A stretch of 64,000 bases of DNA, from contig NC_092676.1 in assembly GCF_964355755.1 (NCBI RefSeq), positions 687,788-751,787 of the forward strand, read 5' to 3'. Below, one piece after another: positions 30,401-43,080 of the stretch; the stretch's first letter is position 1; each line of letters opens with the position of its first letter. The stretch is from Antedon mediterranea (Eukaryota > Animalia > Echinodermata). The notes beneath the pieces are model-generated. The model saw only the letters and a program-made list of their open reading frames with translations, was not told where the DNA came from and made no database searches. Both the position numbers and the translations under genes were made by a program.

Positions 30401-33400
30401 AGCTAGAATGAGATAGTGTACTAGGCCTATTGCAGTTAAGTGTTCCAGATGCATAAACTACTGTATCAGCTAGAATGAGATAGTGTACTAGGCCTATTGC
30501 AGTTAAGTGTTCCAGATGCATAAACTATTAGCTAGAATGAGATAGTGTACTAGGCCTATTGCAGTAAAGTGTTCCAGAAGCATAAACTATCAGCTATAAT
30601 GAGACAGTAATAAATAAAGTATAATATGTCAACTTACCTGTACATTATTGATGATTGACGCTGTCAACTTCTCAGTGAATGACAAACTCTCTTGCTCATC
30701 TTTTTCATCTACAAAATATAGAGATTTCACTTATTTATTGTAAAGTATGATTAAAGTATACTCTTAGTCTTACAGTACTAAAGCATTGAATAAGATTAAA
30801 AGCACATTTACACTAGGACGATAACGATAACAATAAATAGATAAATATGCATTTTTCATACATAAAACAAAAGAAATCTAAACAGTTTTCATCCTAGAAC
30901 TATATGATAATGCCTATGCTTCTCAAATAAATAAATAATATTTTCACATGTGATAATACAACGATTGATGCTAGTTCTAGAACAAAAACTTTTCATTTGA
31001 AAATGTATGTTTATCTATTTATTGTCAATCGTTATCGTCAGTGTAAATGGGCATTAAAACTGGCAAAAATGAACAATTGTAATAAAGAACCAGTATACAT
31101 TGCAAACAATCGTTTTCATGGCAGTCATATTAACCACATAGTTGGGGCCCTTGTTCCAGGGATCATTTTCATGGCAGTCATATTAACCACATAGTTGGGG
31201 CCCTTGTTCCAGGGATCATTTTCATGGCAGTCATATTAACCACATAGTTGGGGCCCTTGTTCCAGGGATCATTTTCATGGCAGTCATATTAACCACATAG
31301 TTGGGGCCCTTGTTCCAGGGATCATTTTCATGGCAGTCATATTAACCACATAGTTGGGGCCCTTGTTCCAGGGATCATTTTCATGGCAGTCATACTAACC
31401 ACATAGTTGGGGCCCTTGTTCCAGGGATCATTTTCTTGGCAGTCATATTAACCACATAGTTGGGGCCCTTGTTCCAGGGATCATTTTCATGGCAGTCATA
31501 TTAACCACATAGTTGGGGCCCTTGTTCCAGGGATCATTTTCATGGCAGTCATATTAACCACATAGTTGGGGCCCTTGTTCCAGGGATCATTTTCATGGCA
31601 GTCATATTAACCACATAGTTGGGGCCCTTGTTCCAGGGATCATTTTCATGGCAGTCATATTAACCACATAGTTGTGGCCCTTGTTCCAGGGATCATTTTC
31701 ATGGCAGTCATATTAACCACATAGTTGGGGCCCTTGTTCCAGGGATCATTTTCATGAACTCTGGCCTAATTACAGGATAGAATAGAACATTGGAAGTATT
31801 TCAAAGTATTAAACATTAAACATAAAACAAACATTACAAAAAAAAGTGAGTAAAAATTAAGGTGTTTCTACATGGAAATTATGTAGAACCACTAGAAAGG
31901 CTTTTGATATACAAAGTGATTTGTTGTTCTTACTTTACAAGTGTTTGTTTACCAGTCAACCCTTTTTAATATTGAAAGCTATCTAGTTATTCATTTTAGT
32001 TAGCTGCAGTGGTCACAAACATATCATGGATCAAAAGGTATTTCAAAACAAACACTTCAATACAATAATTAAATATTTGCACAATGGAATTTCTATTGTA
32101 ACACACTTTATAGGACCAAATGAAATAAAATAAAAGGGGTAAATTCCAAGTTAGATCATATATAACTACATTGTGCACACATTTGAATGCAAATTGTGAG
32201 TATTACTAGAGGTACAAAACAAAAATATTTACTAAAAATGTTTATAATGGCAAACAAAATTGAGGTACAGTATCTGTTATTAATACTGGCATCTTTTAGA
32301 GTTTAAACAGAAGTATATCAAGGTGCTCCATCAACAGCAGCCTCCAAATTAAGCTACACATACAATCACACATACAATCACACATACAATCACACATACA
32401 ATCACACATACAATCACACATACAATCACACATACAATCACACATACAATCTCACATACAATCTCACATACAATCACACATACAATCTCACATACAATCT
32501 CACATACAATCACACATACAATCACACATACAATCACACATACAATCACACATACAATCTCACATACAATCACACATACAATCACACATACAATCACACA
32601 TACAATCACACATACAATCACACATACAATCACACATACAATCACACATACAATCTCACATACAATCACACATACAATCACACATACAATCACACATACA
32701 ATCACACATACAATCACACATACAATCACACATACAATCACACATACTACAATCATATCCTACAAACAATAATCTTTGCTCTTTCAACAAATATGACAAA
32801 TATGATAAAGTTTCTTACTTAGTGGTTTTGTCTTGGACCTTTCCAACTGCTCCAATACTTTCCTCTTAGCAGCATTCTCCAGTCGTTTTTCTTTTTCTTC
32901 ATCATACGGTCTGGCAGTTACCGGGCTAACGAGCAATAGGACGTCCTCAACGTTCACGATAACAGGTGAGGAAAACAGAGAAGTCCATGGTATCACAAAC
33001 GATATTTTACCTGTACAAACATTTTTAGTGATATTATTTAACTTGAGACTCTATCGTGCAATAAAATAAAAATCAGAACGTTTGATTTGATAGAAATATA
33101 GAATCCTCTTGCAACTTGAATGAATATGGAGGTCTTGTTTGTTTGTTTTATCTTTATACTGGGTGACCTCTTCAGTCAAAGACTGATCTCCCAGAGGGCC
33201 CAGTTGGTGATCAGTGGCTGTGATGTACTACTACACCGGGGTAACCCCCTACTCGTCTCGAAAGATGTACTAGGTTCTTTAAAGTGTACACGAGCAAGTT
33301 GTGTACACTGGACCTACGGTTTATAGTCCTTATCCGAGAAGACATGGAGGATATGGGACATGGGGGGGACATGGGACATGGGAATATGCGACATGGGGAT

Positions 33401-35953
33401 ATGGGGATATGGGAATATGGGACATGGGGATATGGGACGTGGGGATATGCTTCGTCAATTGATTCCTCAACCTACAGTATGTTCATTATATCCACATTCT
33501 AGTGTTCTTATCAGATCAGATAAATTAAAAAACCATTTAGTTTCATCTTACCTACAGTTCCGGCTTTTACTTCAATTGGCAAATCCAATTCATACTGTAA
33601 TGAAACAGAATTTTATGCTATTAACAAAATTAAAAATTGCAAAAATGCAGAGAGTGAAAAAAGATGAAATTAGAAAGTGTGGATTTACATCATTTCTTTT
33701 TCATACATTTAGTAAATTTCCCTATCAACATTTTTATAAATTACAAAGTTCATTAAATAAATGACATTTAATATATTATATTACAGAGAAAAAAAATTGT
33801 ATCATGTACTGTAGAAACTGAAATTATGATTACCACATCAACGGTAAATCATATATTTTAAATACTTTTCTTCATAATAAAATGACAACGCAATGAAAAC
33901 AAAGAAATTGTAATTTTTACTAATAAACCAAAATGTTAGTTAGCAAGAATAACATTTTCAACGAGTTGTTAATGCTAATTGGACAATGTTGATCACATGA
34001 CCAAGAAAAGTGACAATATGGGAAGAATTGACCTTAAAACCTTAACGCAATTTAGACTAGACAAGAAGCAAGCAAAAACCAGGCACATTTGTTTTATATA
34101 TATTTAGGCAAATTGCCAAGGATAACCATAAGCGATTTCATTCACTATCCTTCTTAAAGGTGGCAATCCTGTTCACAAGACAAACATATACACAAGATGC
34201 TCTACATCAAGTCTATAAATGACAGGACTTGAACCCAGGACCCTTGGATTGGTAGCCAATCATTATAACCACCAAGCCACAACCCCACTCTATAGCATCA
34301 TTTTTAGTCTACCTGACATCTTGGTGAAGAGAATGCCCTTTGAAATCCTAGCTATGCTGGGCTTGGTAAATGTTTAGGTAGGTTTAATATACCTATGCTG
34401 AGAGCATGTACCCTAATGTATACTAAACAACTTTATTTGTCCATTATCATAAAAAAATAACAATAAAAATTCTTCATAAAGATTGGCAAATATTAGTATG
34501 ATAAAAAAACAGATAATATAAAAAAAGTGTGCAAAATGCCAAATACTGCTGATTGATAAGAATCAATAACATAATTGCCAGTAAAATATCACCATGGTTA
34601 CATCTCTAGTGTAAATTGATTTCTTTAATGATATGCATAATCTGATGATGAATATTCAAGTACAGAGTATTCTACTAAATTGAGATTTTTATCCTACTAA
34701 ATATGCAATTTATCAAATTAATTATTGATTGCTAGATTTTAATTATGAAACATTAGCCTAGATATTGCTGTTAATACACTAGATTCATCTCACACATACA
34801 GTAAGACTACTTGCCCCAAGTCTGTATGTTATTGTGTTTTTTATGTTAGCCCACCAGTCAACGTTTCGATTTTTGTCGCGAGTATTATATTTTGCGTATA
34901 GAATGCCATATCTGATTACGGGCAAAAACCTAGTCTATACTGAAATATACAGAGAGGAATACAGTGAGTTACAGCAGTACCTGTGGACCCCTTCCTTCAC
35001 AACTAGCAAAATGATATACAGTGAGTTACAGCAGTACCTGTGGACCCCTTCCTTCACAACTAGCAAAATGATATACAGTGAGTTACCGCAGTACCTGTGG
35101 ACCCCTTCCTTCACAACTAGCAAAATGATATACAGTGAGTTACCGCAGTACCTGTGGACCCCTTCCTTCACAACTAGCAAAATGATATACAGTGAGTTAC
35201 CGCAGTACCTGTGGACCCCTTCCTTCACAACTAGCAAAATGATATACAGTGAGTTACAGCAGTACCTGTGGACCCCTTCCTTCACAACTAGCAAAATGAT
35301 ATACAGTGAGTTACAGCAGTACCTGTGGACCCCCTCCTTCACAACCAGCAAAATGATATACAGTGAGTTACAGCAGTACCTGTGGACCCCCTCCTCCACA
35401 ACCAGCAAAATGATTACTTATTAACTAATAACACTCCATTGTGAGCATTAATGTTAATAAATGAACTATAGCCTTCAAATTGTAACATATTCATACACAA
35501 AACAATAGTTTACCTAAAATGAACAAATAAATTCCATTTTAGATTTAAATATTATACAGCAAAGCTTTAATTTTAAATTTCCATACAAACTGGTGATAAT
35601 ATCCAGTTGTCTTGAGTATAAACTTAAATGCATAATCTGAAAATGGGTCAAGGATTTACTGAGACATGTTTAATGTGTAGATAATGCTAAATACTGTACA
35701 TCGCTGAGAACAGTGTATACAGCAGGCTCTAACGAGTGATTGGAAATAATATTATTATTAGCTTAATATACTGTTTATTGCATGTATTATACACAATATT
35801 TTTATGATGATGATTATGATGACTGATGATGATGATTATGATGACTGATGATGACTGATGATGATGATAATGATGACGACGATGATGTAATGTAATGTTG
35901 TAATGTTGTTTGATTTATATAGTGCTACAATCAATGATGATGATGATGATGAC

Positions 35954-35988
<35 letters not shown>

Positions 35989-38900
35989 GTGATAATGATG
36001 ATGAAGATGAATGATGATGGTGATGATAATGATGATTATGATGCATGATGATGATAGATGATAAATGTGATAATGATGATGATGATAATAAATGATGATG
36101 ATGAAGATGATGATGAATGATGATGATGAATGATGATGAATGATGATGATGGTAATGATGATGAGAATGAAGATGATGATATATGATTCTGCATGATAAA
36201 TATGATATTGATAATGATGATGAGTATTAAATTACGACACAGAAAAGATGTTGTTTGAATAGACTAATAAATACATTTATGAAAGAATAATAATGTTGAT
36301 TAGGAATGATGGAATATAACAAAAAATAAAGTTATCAATATCAATAAAATTAACGATGGTTATGAAAAACAATGAATGAATAATGTTGATAAGGAATGAT
36401 GGATTATAACAAAAAATGAGTTATCAATAAAAATAAAATTAACGATGGTTATAAAGAACAATGAATAATAATGTTGATAAAGCAGAAGATGTATCTCAAT
36501 AAACAATGAAAATATCAATAAATATATAACGATAATTATGAAGAGTGAATACAGTAATAATTGTCGATAAAGGAGATGATGGATGATGAATCATAGCCAT
36601 AAAAAGACGATGAAGTTTATCATTTTTTTTTTAACAGAGAAATCATTTAATGTTTATGATGATGAATAGGAATAAATTAGGTAGCAATAAGGACACCCAC
36701 AGCAGTCCTTAAGGACACCCACAGCAGTCCTTAAGGAAGACATACAAAAACCTGAATATACTTAATCAAGAAAAAACAGCCAATATTCAATAATCTGTTA
36801 TCAAAGGCCATACTTGCTGACAAGAACTCGTTACGCTTGACTTCCTTCACATGACATTAGCGGAAATTTAATCGAGGAAAGCTAGGTACAGTAATATGCA
36901 GTTTGTATCGAGCAGAATATAATAGACAGCAGATGGATCTGATGCAAGTGGAAAGGCAGATAATATCCCTGGTAATATGCAGTTGCATCCTGCAATAGAC
37001 AGCAGATGGATCCATTTGGACATGTTAATAGTTCAATCATTTTATTTATCAACCTGATAAAATGTACTTTATGATGATAATATGATAAAAATGTTTATAG
37101 TTATCATCAGGTTTGATAAACCAATATATAATTGTTTCATTGAGATAATATCTTGATTGGTTATCAAATAATTGTATTGTAAGAATAAATATAAAGTAAT
37201 TCATTCTAGGAATAAGTTTTAAATTAAACAATACAATGGTATGTAATGTAGTTTATCTATTTATTTTACAAGGAAATGAGAAGATTAATGTTAATACTAG
37301 CAGCATTGTGCAGGTCATGATGTACTAATGATATTATCAAATAGTTGAGCGAGGTCAACTAAATAATGCAAGAATGCATTAGCAACAGAAACTAGCAAGT
37401 ACTTAAATTATAAATTGTGCTCTGCTTTTGTCTCAAGCACTTCTGTTCACGATTTGCATCAAGTCCAACATGCAGATTATTAAATAATATATTTCAACAT
37501 TTTTTGCTGCAAAACATCCAATGATAGTTATTAACTATAAACTGTTTATGTTATGTTGATAAGTTGTTTATAAAATAAGTCAGGCATTTTGTTAAATGTG
37601 TAGGAGCATACTAGACATCATTAAATTGCCCCATGGGGCCTGCTTCCCCCATGGGGCCTGCTTCCCTCATGGGGGATTCCCTCATGGGGCCTGCTTCCCT
37701 CATGGGGCCTGCTTCCCCCCATGGGGCCTGCTTCTGCTGATAACATTTCAAAAGAATGGTTTACTGCGAAACCATTTTATAAAAGGATCGTGTTAATCTA
37801 AAAAGGGAAATTGTTTTTGAAACGATTTGTTAATAAATTTCCGAAAGGATTAATAAAAGATAATTTGAATTTGAAAACCGGTATTTGACAATCAAGACTA
37901 GAATCATTTGGGTTTATCAAACCATATTTACACATTGGTTCTGTTTCTGTGGAATTGTTTCTGAAAATGACGTTCTATCACAATACGATAGTTCTAAATT
38001 TATATTCTCTTTCTCAACAGAAAAGTGATAGTATAGTAATCCTATGGTAGTAGTGCAGTTTATGACTACATTTGATAGAAAAGTGATAGTATAGTAATCC
38101 TATGGTAGTAGTGCAGTTTATGACTACATTTGATAGAAAAGTGATAGTATAGTAATCCTATGGTAGTAGTGCAGTTTACATTTGATGTTATAAAGAAACC
38201 ATACAAAGAATGTATTCATTATGTTAATTATTATGTTTAGTATAATTTACCATATTCTATATTTAATGTCACGTTTTATGATAAAAAAAACTACTACTAC
38301 AATGTTTGGTTTAAAGACCAAATAGCTATTGATTGTTATTATCTGTGCATGAATACATACTGGATATTCATATATATTTCTTTGCATATTTGGTAGCTTT
38401 TTAAATAGAGTTTTAAATTGGAAATTTTTGTTATATTTCACTGGTTGTAATGTTCATAGTTTATGCGTCTAAAAAGTATTGTATGTTGTTTGTATGTAAA
38501 ATTAGGTTACGGTGGCATGGTCACCATCCTGAAATGTTGTTAAATAATTAAATATTTTAAAATGTTATCAAAATAATTATATATTTAACTAAGGACTATC
38601 AGTTGCACAATAATTTATCCAATGTTGTCATTTAATTATTTTGTATTTCAATGATAATTAAAAAGATAATTTGAACAGACAAGCAGAGGTTTTTTTAACG
38701 GTTTATCAAACTTTGTTGTTCACGTACAGTACAGTATATGAAAATCATATTATATTCATAATCAGTGAATAAAATATGATGATACTGCTCACTTACCAGA
38801 GCTTCAGGTTTCAACTGCAAATCTTGTAAATTTAACTGACCTGGATAAGGACAAAGAATAACAGCATTAATAAGAAATATCATAGGTCATGTTCTAAATA

Positions 38901-39461
38901 TAGTATATTGTATTGTCAAGCAGAGCATAATAATTTAAAAATACATTTTTACAAACATTATACATACAGCATAATTTGTATGTCTTACTATTTATAGCTT
39001 GATTTCCACAAGGATACAATGTAGGGATGGGACCACAGCGAAAGTAATTTTGACCAATCACAACCGTCATCCAGATTGGTCAAATTACTTGCATTCACAC
39101 ACATAGTACTGTATGTCATATTCATTATAATGTGAACAAAGCAACAGCTCTGTCCACACTATCAAACTACAGTATTTTGACAAAAAATGTGATGTGCCCA
39201 AATATGGTGGTGATATGCCCAAATATGGTAGTGATATGACATCATCGTGTAAATATATGGGCACATCGCATTTTGTTGTCATATAAAGTTTGATAGTGTG
39301 GACAGAGCTTTATAGTCATCTGACCATGTGAACAGGAATCACTGACAAATATGAAACTTACCACTAAAAAGGCCAACATCCAAGTTGTCTGTGTCTAAGT
39401 TCTCAATGTATTTATCCAAATACTTGTTGAGTAGACTTGCCACAATACTCTCAAGCACCAT
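462..39461 (-). CDS. VPS13: VPS13A/C-like bridge lipid transfer protein, 5' portion; multi-exon, continues past the left edge of the window
   Basis: Exon 39362-39461 encodes MVLESIVASLLNKYLDKYIENLDTDNLDVGLFSG, a typical Chorein-N start. It is followed by in-phase GT-AG exons 38797-38840 (QLNLQDLQLKPEAL), 33552-33594 (YELDLPIEVKAGTVG), 32819-33010 (IPWTSLFSSPVIVNVEDV), 30638-30708 and 27961-28059 (NVHVRYED). Many more exons follow (RWMYAYNS, INIRAPVILIP, TTWEPLIEP), down to VAB/SHR-BD-like exons such as 462-596 (IHPPIVLHNYLPYD). A versus C paralog is not resolved. Confidence 0.93.
5858..6198. repeat. Two-copy tandem duplication of about 176 bp (intronic)
   Basis: TAAGAATTAAATACACAAAGGAATATGAGGACG...CACGAAATAAACA occurs twice; the second copy has a short internal deletion. 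Confidence 0.85.
10544..10735. repeat. 28-bp minisatellite, about 7 copies
   Basis: Unit CCACACACACTAGACCCAGGGGTTTGAC. Confidence 0.9.
13929..14845. repeat. 27-bp minisatellite, about 34 copies, starting at a VPS13 splice donor
   Basis: Unit TTAGTAATAACATCAAGTTACTTAAAC; some units lack one base. Confidence 0.95.
15077..17345. repeat. 54-bp minisatellite, about 42 copies, containing a VPS13 exon end and donor
   Basis: Unit AAACAGAAATACCTAAAATGAACATGATACCTTCTAACTTTGTAAGTGGTTGTT. Confidence 0.95.
20890..24140 (-). mobile_element. Non-LTR retrotransposon (LINE, CR1/L2-like group) in a VPS13 intron; no ORF1 seen
   Basis: The EN+RT ORF is flanked by VPS13 exons ending near 24307 and starting near 20817, and is followed by an AT-rich 3' region. 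Boundaries are approximate and no target-site duplication was identified. Confidence 0.85.
21398..24073 (-). CDS. LINE ORF2: AP-type endonuclease plus reverse transcriptase (891 aa, uninterrupted)
   Basis: Endonuclease motifs NARSL, ITESW, GGGV, YYPP, GDFN, LD and SDH. RT motifs RPISITP, DFSKAFD, GVPQGTKLGPILF, FVDD, LLGV and RPLLEYASPLW. Confidence 0.95.
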   Translation of the reverse strand: MCKAKLSRSNIYPSVFLCNARSLCNKMNEFELVLAKSNIDIAGITESWFHSDFSSECSAVQGFSCIRNDRSNRVGGGVVLYINEVYDYEVDDACPIDLECLCVDVKINLSFSIVTIVVYYPPNCNRNQQLTEFLCSRIDYFSSVRDNAAFIIMGDFNDYDIDPLLYQTSLEQVVDFPTRDDACLDKMLTNISDLYQSPLKLSPLGRSDHASILLKPNFIQKKPVKRRLLVRRPLKDSSMRAFGQVITGIDWDDIVHEDDSSEYLAAKFESVLKETYEKSFPSVVIRVRDNDKPWFNQSIKKMIEKRHRAYRKGNQTRYRHFRRLVRSEVRLAKSNFYKESISSLRKIEPQKWHKKVQRIAGKSKPQSALLEPGCDPDVVVDVVNKHFARICSFLPALDLRNLPAFLPSVKPPVIFPGQVFKLLKGINVNKSRHPRDIPLRLIKEFALELAQPLAKILNCCLQDNNFPSIWKNAIITPVPKKPKASTPNEHRPISITPVFGRIFESFLSDWIATDFRPLMDSQQFGNAKGSSPTHYLVQLCNRLLSGLDSSGMYGTICAIDFSKAFDRVNHSILIDKLIGLNIMPSIIPTVCSFLSQRNQCVRLGGSVSAPEPISCGVPQGTKLGPILFTIMVNDLLNNVPDRWKFVDDLTIGEVISVQRPEDSSIQSNLDALSSWCVEKDATPNPVKFQVMCVHFLRNVPQFEPLQMDGVILEESQSVKLLGVHLQSDLKWDKQIKEVVSRASRRLYMLYILKRFGAPKDDLVFTFITYIRPLLEYASPLWHSSITNKQSDQLEFIQKRVVKLIIGYQNYVSYAKSLETLKLKTLQHRRQVLLYNFGKGLLKSDRFKEWIPEKEKPTRCLRKVNKFDVPRCRTKRLAASTIPTVIGLLNNE
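25500..25900 (-). mobile_element. 5'-truncated LINE remnant (ORF2 C-terminus and 3' UTR)
   Basis: Translation YKFSYVPRSTRDWNELP resembles the SFFPRTIRDWNxLP motif at the end of many LINE ORF2 proteins. It lies in a VPS13 intron. Confidence 0.55.
29155..29260 (+). mobile_element. tRNA-derived SINE-like repeat head
   Basis: GTGGAGTTGTAGCTTG...CCAGGGTTCAATCC (B-box-like). Reverse-orientation relatives lie near 12200-12290 and 34220-34290. Confidence 0.5.
30061..30174. repeat. 22-bp minisatellite, about 5 copies
   Basis: Unit CAGGCCACACTGGGACTATAC(T/G). Confidence 0.9.
30351..30608. repeat. About 67-bp minisatellite, about 4 copies
   Basis: Unit GTACTAGGCCTATTGCAGTTAAGTGTTCCAGATGCATAAACT...GAGATAGT. 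Confidence 0.85.
31113..31756. repeat. 53-bp minisatellite, about 12 copies
   Basis: Unit TTTTCATGGCAGTCATATTAACCACATAGTTGGGGCCCTTGTTCCAGGGATCA. Confidence 0.95.
32356..32755. repeat. 12-bp minisatellite
   Basis: Unit CACATACAATC(A/T). Confidence 0.95.
33134..33345 (-). mobile_element. SINE-like interspersed repeat fragment with an (AAAC)n tail
   Basis: GC-richer block in an AT-rich intron, ending in a simple-repeat tail (TTGTTTGTTTGTTTT on plus). Family not identified. Confidence 0.4.
34959..35414. repeat. 57-bp minisatellite, about 8 copies
   Basis: Unit ATACAGTGAGTTACAGCAGTACCTGTGGACCCCTTCCTTCACAACTAGCAAAATGAT. Confidence 0.95.
35805..36222. repeat. Degenerate (GAT)n microsatellite
   Basis: Long imperfect GAT/AAT runs. 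Confidence 0.9.
38019..38186. repeat. 58-bp tandem repeat, about 3 copies
   Basis: Unit AGAAAAGTGATAGTATAGTAATCCTATGGTAGTAGTGCAGTTTATGACTACATTTGAT. Confidence 0.85.
39146..39309. mobile_element. MITE-like element with terminal inverted repeats of about 23 bp
   Basis: AGCTCTGTCCACACTATCAAACT ... AGTTTGATAGTGTGGACAGAGCT. Related copies lie near 40100-40200, 44520-44566, 46525-46688, 60122-60273 and 60985-61082. Confidence 0.75.
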
Positions 39462-41206
39462 GTTGGAAGTTGCCCAGTGGATGGGCAAGTACTAGTCAAC
39501 ACAATGGTGGTCGTATCAGGCAAGTTCTTGCCTTGGATCTTACAATGGTATGGCCTACTTCATAGACAGACAATTCCTGAAAAATAATAACAAATGATGT
39601 CCTACTGTTTCAATTGTTAATAAATATGCTTTCAAGTGTTATTAATAATTAATGAAGTGATTATGGCCTGGACAGGTAAGAGAGCTATGATGTTTATTCT
39701 GGTACTGCATTTAATTGTGCTAGGCAGAGATTTCTTAGCCTTCCACCAATCTTAAATTGGTTCATTCCAATCCTATTGTTCTTTCATAATTAATAAAGTA
39801 TTCTCAAGTACAACCTATTACAACCTTGGTGACAGTTCTAACAACTTCAATGGTACCCATCCTATGTTTATTCTTCTGTGTCTGTCCAGGGAGGTATTTA
39901 TACCTACAGTATCTGGTCTGTCAGTGTTAAAAAAGGTAACTACTGTACACAGAGAACTGAAAATTAGTTAGCAGGGTGGATCCAGGATTTCTCAAATAGC
40001 GGAGTTGTCCTACAATAAATTAGTTTGTCAAAAATAGATATCAAAAGGTATTTCATGTGGCTATTTACACTTAAATACAGGATTTAATATTTGTAATGTT
40101 TTCACATGATGATGTCATATCACTAAACATATTTAAGCATTAGCACCACCATATATGGACACACCACATTTTTTTTAGTTTGATAGTGTAGACAAGGCTT
40201 TAGGGCCTGGCTTTTGGTAGATTGATTCCATTAGTAGAATAGCTACATTGGACCATGGAGTAAAGATTTACTCCATGATTGGACTGCATTATTTACTGTT
40301 TGTATGAACTATATAGGCCTACTGTACATGTCATTGCAAGTGTTGTTATTTAACTAAAGCACCTCATTACCTTTTAAAAATATAAATAAACTGGTAGCCA
40401 TTAAAGAATATTTATGGACTAATACTTTATCCTCTAAAGTTACATAATTATCTTATGTATTACCATGTTTAGTGTCACACTATATTCTGTAACAAACATA
40501 AGCCTACAATAATAATTATTAAATAAGATTTTGGTACTTTGTACTTCAAATTTATAAATATTTCCATTGTAAATGAACAGCACATAACTGTACACATAAT
40601 CTACAATAACATGCAAACTGAAAGTAATCTAGTTTCTCTTGGTGCATTTATAAAATCAAATTTAATACAAAATTAAAAACCTGACGTAATGCTTCGCTGG
40701 ACAAGTATGCAGATGAATGTACAATTAATTTCCTTTTGATGGAAGGCTACTGTATACAAAATGAAAAATGTTATAATAATCTCCAAGACTACAGTATCAA
40801 GATATTACTGACAGTTATTAATAAATTGAAATATTGCATTTTGCATTTTTACAATTTATCTTTTGAGTAAACAAAATAATTAAACAACTCCCTGTTTCAA
40901 CCATTTCAAAGAATAAAACACCACAATAAGATTTTAAGGAAGGAAAAAGGAAAGGAGTGTTTTGTATGATCTTTATACATAACTACTTCTAATTCATGTT
41001 TGTTTTAAAACAGATCTACAGTAGTACAGTTTGAGCTGCTAGATCCTAGATTTACAATTCCAGCCAGAGAATGCATTATAAACTGCAGTCAGTACCTCCT
41101 AATATTAATAAGAATTGGGGTTAATGTCCTTAAAATGCATGAGATTCCATGAGAAGTATGGAGGCCTTTGGACCATACTTGGTAAGTTTAATTCCGTTCA
41201 TCCGCT

Positions 41207-41295
41207 TGATGATGATGATGATAATGATGACGATGATAATGGCGATGATGATGATAATGATGATAATGATGATGATGATGATGACAATGATGATA

Positions 41296-41330
<35 letters not shown>

Positions 41331-41346
41331 AATGATAATGATAATG
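41207..41346. repeat. (GAT)n microsatellite
   Basis: Imperfect GAT/AAT run. Confidence 0.9.
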
Positions 41347-41532
41347 GTGCACGTGATGGTAGCATTAAATTATGCTAGTACTGTAAGTCCTTTAATGTTT
41401 TCATTTCTAAATTAAGATCTTTAATTTACATCAAATATGTACATCTACGCACAATACATTACACAGTTAGCATGAATTAAAGACCGTTTTTCTGTACCAA
41501 TCAATCAAGCAATCAATTAAACACTTGAAGCG

Positions 41533-41721
41533 GATAGCCTGCTTATAGTGTGCGATAGCCTGCTTATAGTGTGCGATAGCCTGCTTATAGTGTGCGATAG
41601 CCTGCTTATAGTGTGCGATAGCCTGCTTATAGTGTGCGATAGCCTGCTTATAGTGTGCGATAGCCTGCTTATAGTGTGCGATAGCCTGCTTATAGTGTGC
41701 GATAGCCTGCTTATAGTGTGC
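41533..41721. repeat. 21-bp minisatellite, 9 copies
   Basis: Unit GATAGCCTGCTTATAGTGTGC. Confidence 0.95.
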
Positions 41722-42599
41722 GTCCTCATACACTAACATCACTTTAATTTGAAAATACATTAACGAATAAAATTCCCATTTAATTCTACAGTGGGCAGTT
41801 GTCGAGAAAAAAAAAATTCCCAAATGCAATAAGCTCAGGCAGTCATAATGTTAAAATGCTATGGTGTTGACTAAAGCTCAACAGTGGACTGATAGTGTTG
41901 CAGCTACATAAATTAAATTGGATGAGTGATAACCAATCGGTTTGGTGTTTTTATCTCCAATTTTGTCCCATTTCTGCTGCTAAGAAATTGGGTGTAATTT
42001 ATTCATACAAAAACTGGCCTTTAATACTACGGTACAGTGTATGTGAAGAAGAAGAATGACTTTTCCTGGCCACATTCACCCACCATTAATGTGCTCTACA
42101 AAACATTACTTTTGATATTACATTATTTTGTGTTTCTGTACTACAATAATGTATAATGATAAGTAAACATAATTGCATCATAATTATCAGATAATTAGCA
42201 AACTCAAATTTCAAAGGTCAAGTGATGGAAGATGATAAACAGAAGACTTAATAAACAACTAGAGTGGTGTTAAGTATAAACATGATAAGTGTTATGTTTT
42301 AATAGTCAGTGACATTTAGCATAAAAGGATTTTATTATTCCTAAACTTGACTAAAAAATGTTGGACAGCCTAATAATATATTGAGTAATATGCTAGTTTT
42401 TACAAACATTTACACAATTGGAAAAAACAATAGCAAAACAAAAATTTTTTTTTGTAAATAAATTTTAATATTTTAATATAATGAAAACTGGACAGGACAG
42501 GATTCGAACCCTACCTTTACTACTATGCCTATACCATTATCATGTTACATTTTTGTATCATCATGTTTTCCTTTTAAACAAAAATAAAGGGACCCTAAA

Positions 42600-43080
42600 A
42601 ACAAGTCTTACCTAGGACTTGGGTGGCTTTCTGAAATAGGCTAGGCAACTGAGGCAACCTGTACATGCTTGGCCTAGGTAGGCTATTCGTTACCTAAAAA
42701 CCCCAAAGCCACTTGCCGATATGCTTCGTCCTTGCTGATATCAGATCAGCAGAGCATGCTATGCATAGCGAGGAGAGGAGGAACCTTCACTTCTCAGAGC
42801 GACAATAATGACAATCGTTTCGCATATATCAATTAACGATCACAAAATTCCATTTGAAAATACAATATCATGACACTGGTTTAATAAAAAAGTAAAGGTA
42901 AATAAATACTCACCTACTATTTTAAAGAAATGTCTAAATATAAAAAGAATATATTGTCAACCAAGCAGGCAGCTGTCATTGATGGTTAAGTAATGTTGAC
43001 TTTAGCGGTGTTTACAGGTTTAAGCGCCTGCGCGAAAGGAAAAGAGGCGGAGCCTTATTAATATTCATGAGCCTCAATAT
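42600..43080 (-). promoter_or_regulatory. Probable VPS13 promoter and non-coding first exon(s)
   Basis: Locally CpG/GC-richer island (GCGCCTGCGC and GAGGCGGAGC near 43024-43053). Minus-strand donor-like sites occur near 42611 and 42913, and an acceptor near 39577 lies upstream of the ATG. Confidence 0.45.

Noticed and set aside
32349-32756. (VIVC)n ORF
   Set aside because: Translation of a 12-bp intronic repeat.
34834-35424. 196-aa and 157-aa repeat ORFs
   Set aside because: A 57-bp minisatellite open on both strands, with non-ATG starts and no recognisable domain.
37628-37735. PHGACF repeat ORF / CCCCATGGGG palindromic repeat
   Set aside because: A short intronic tandem repeat with no coding support.
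41115-41829. Poly-D/poly-M and HYKQAIA repeat ORFs
   Set aside because: Translations of microsatellite and minisatellite sequence.
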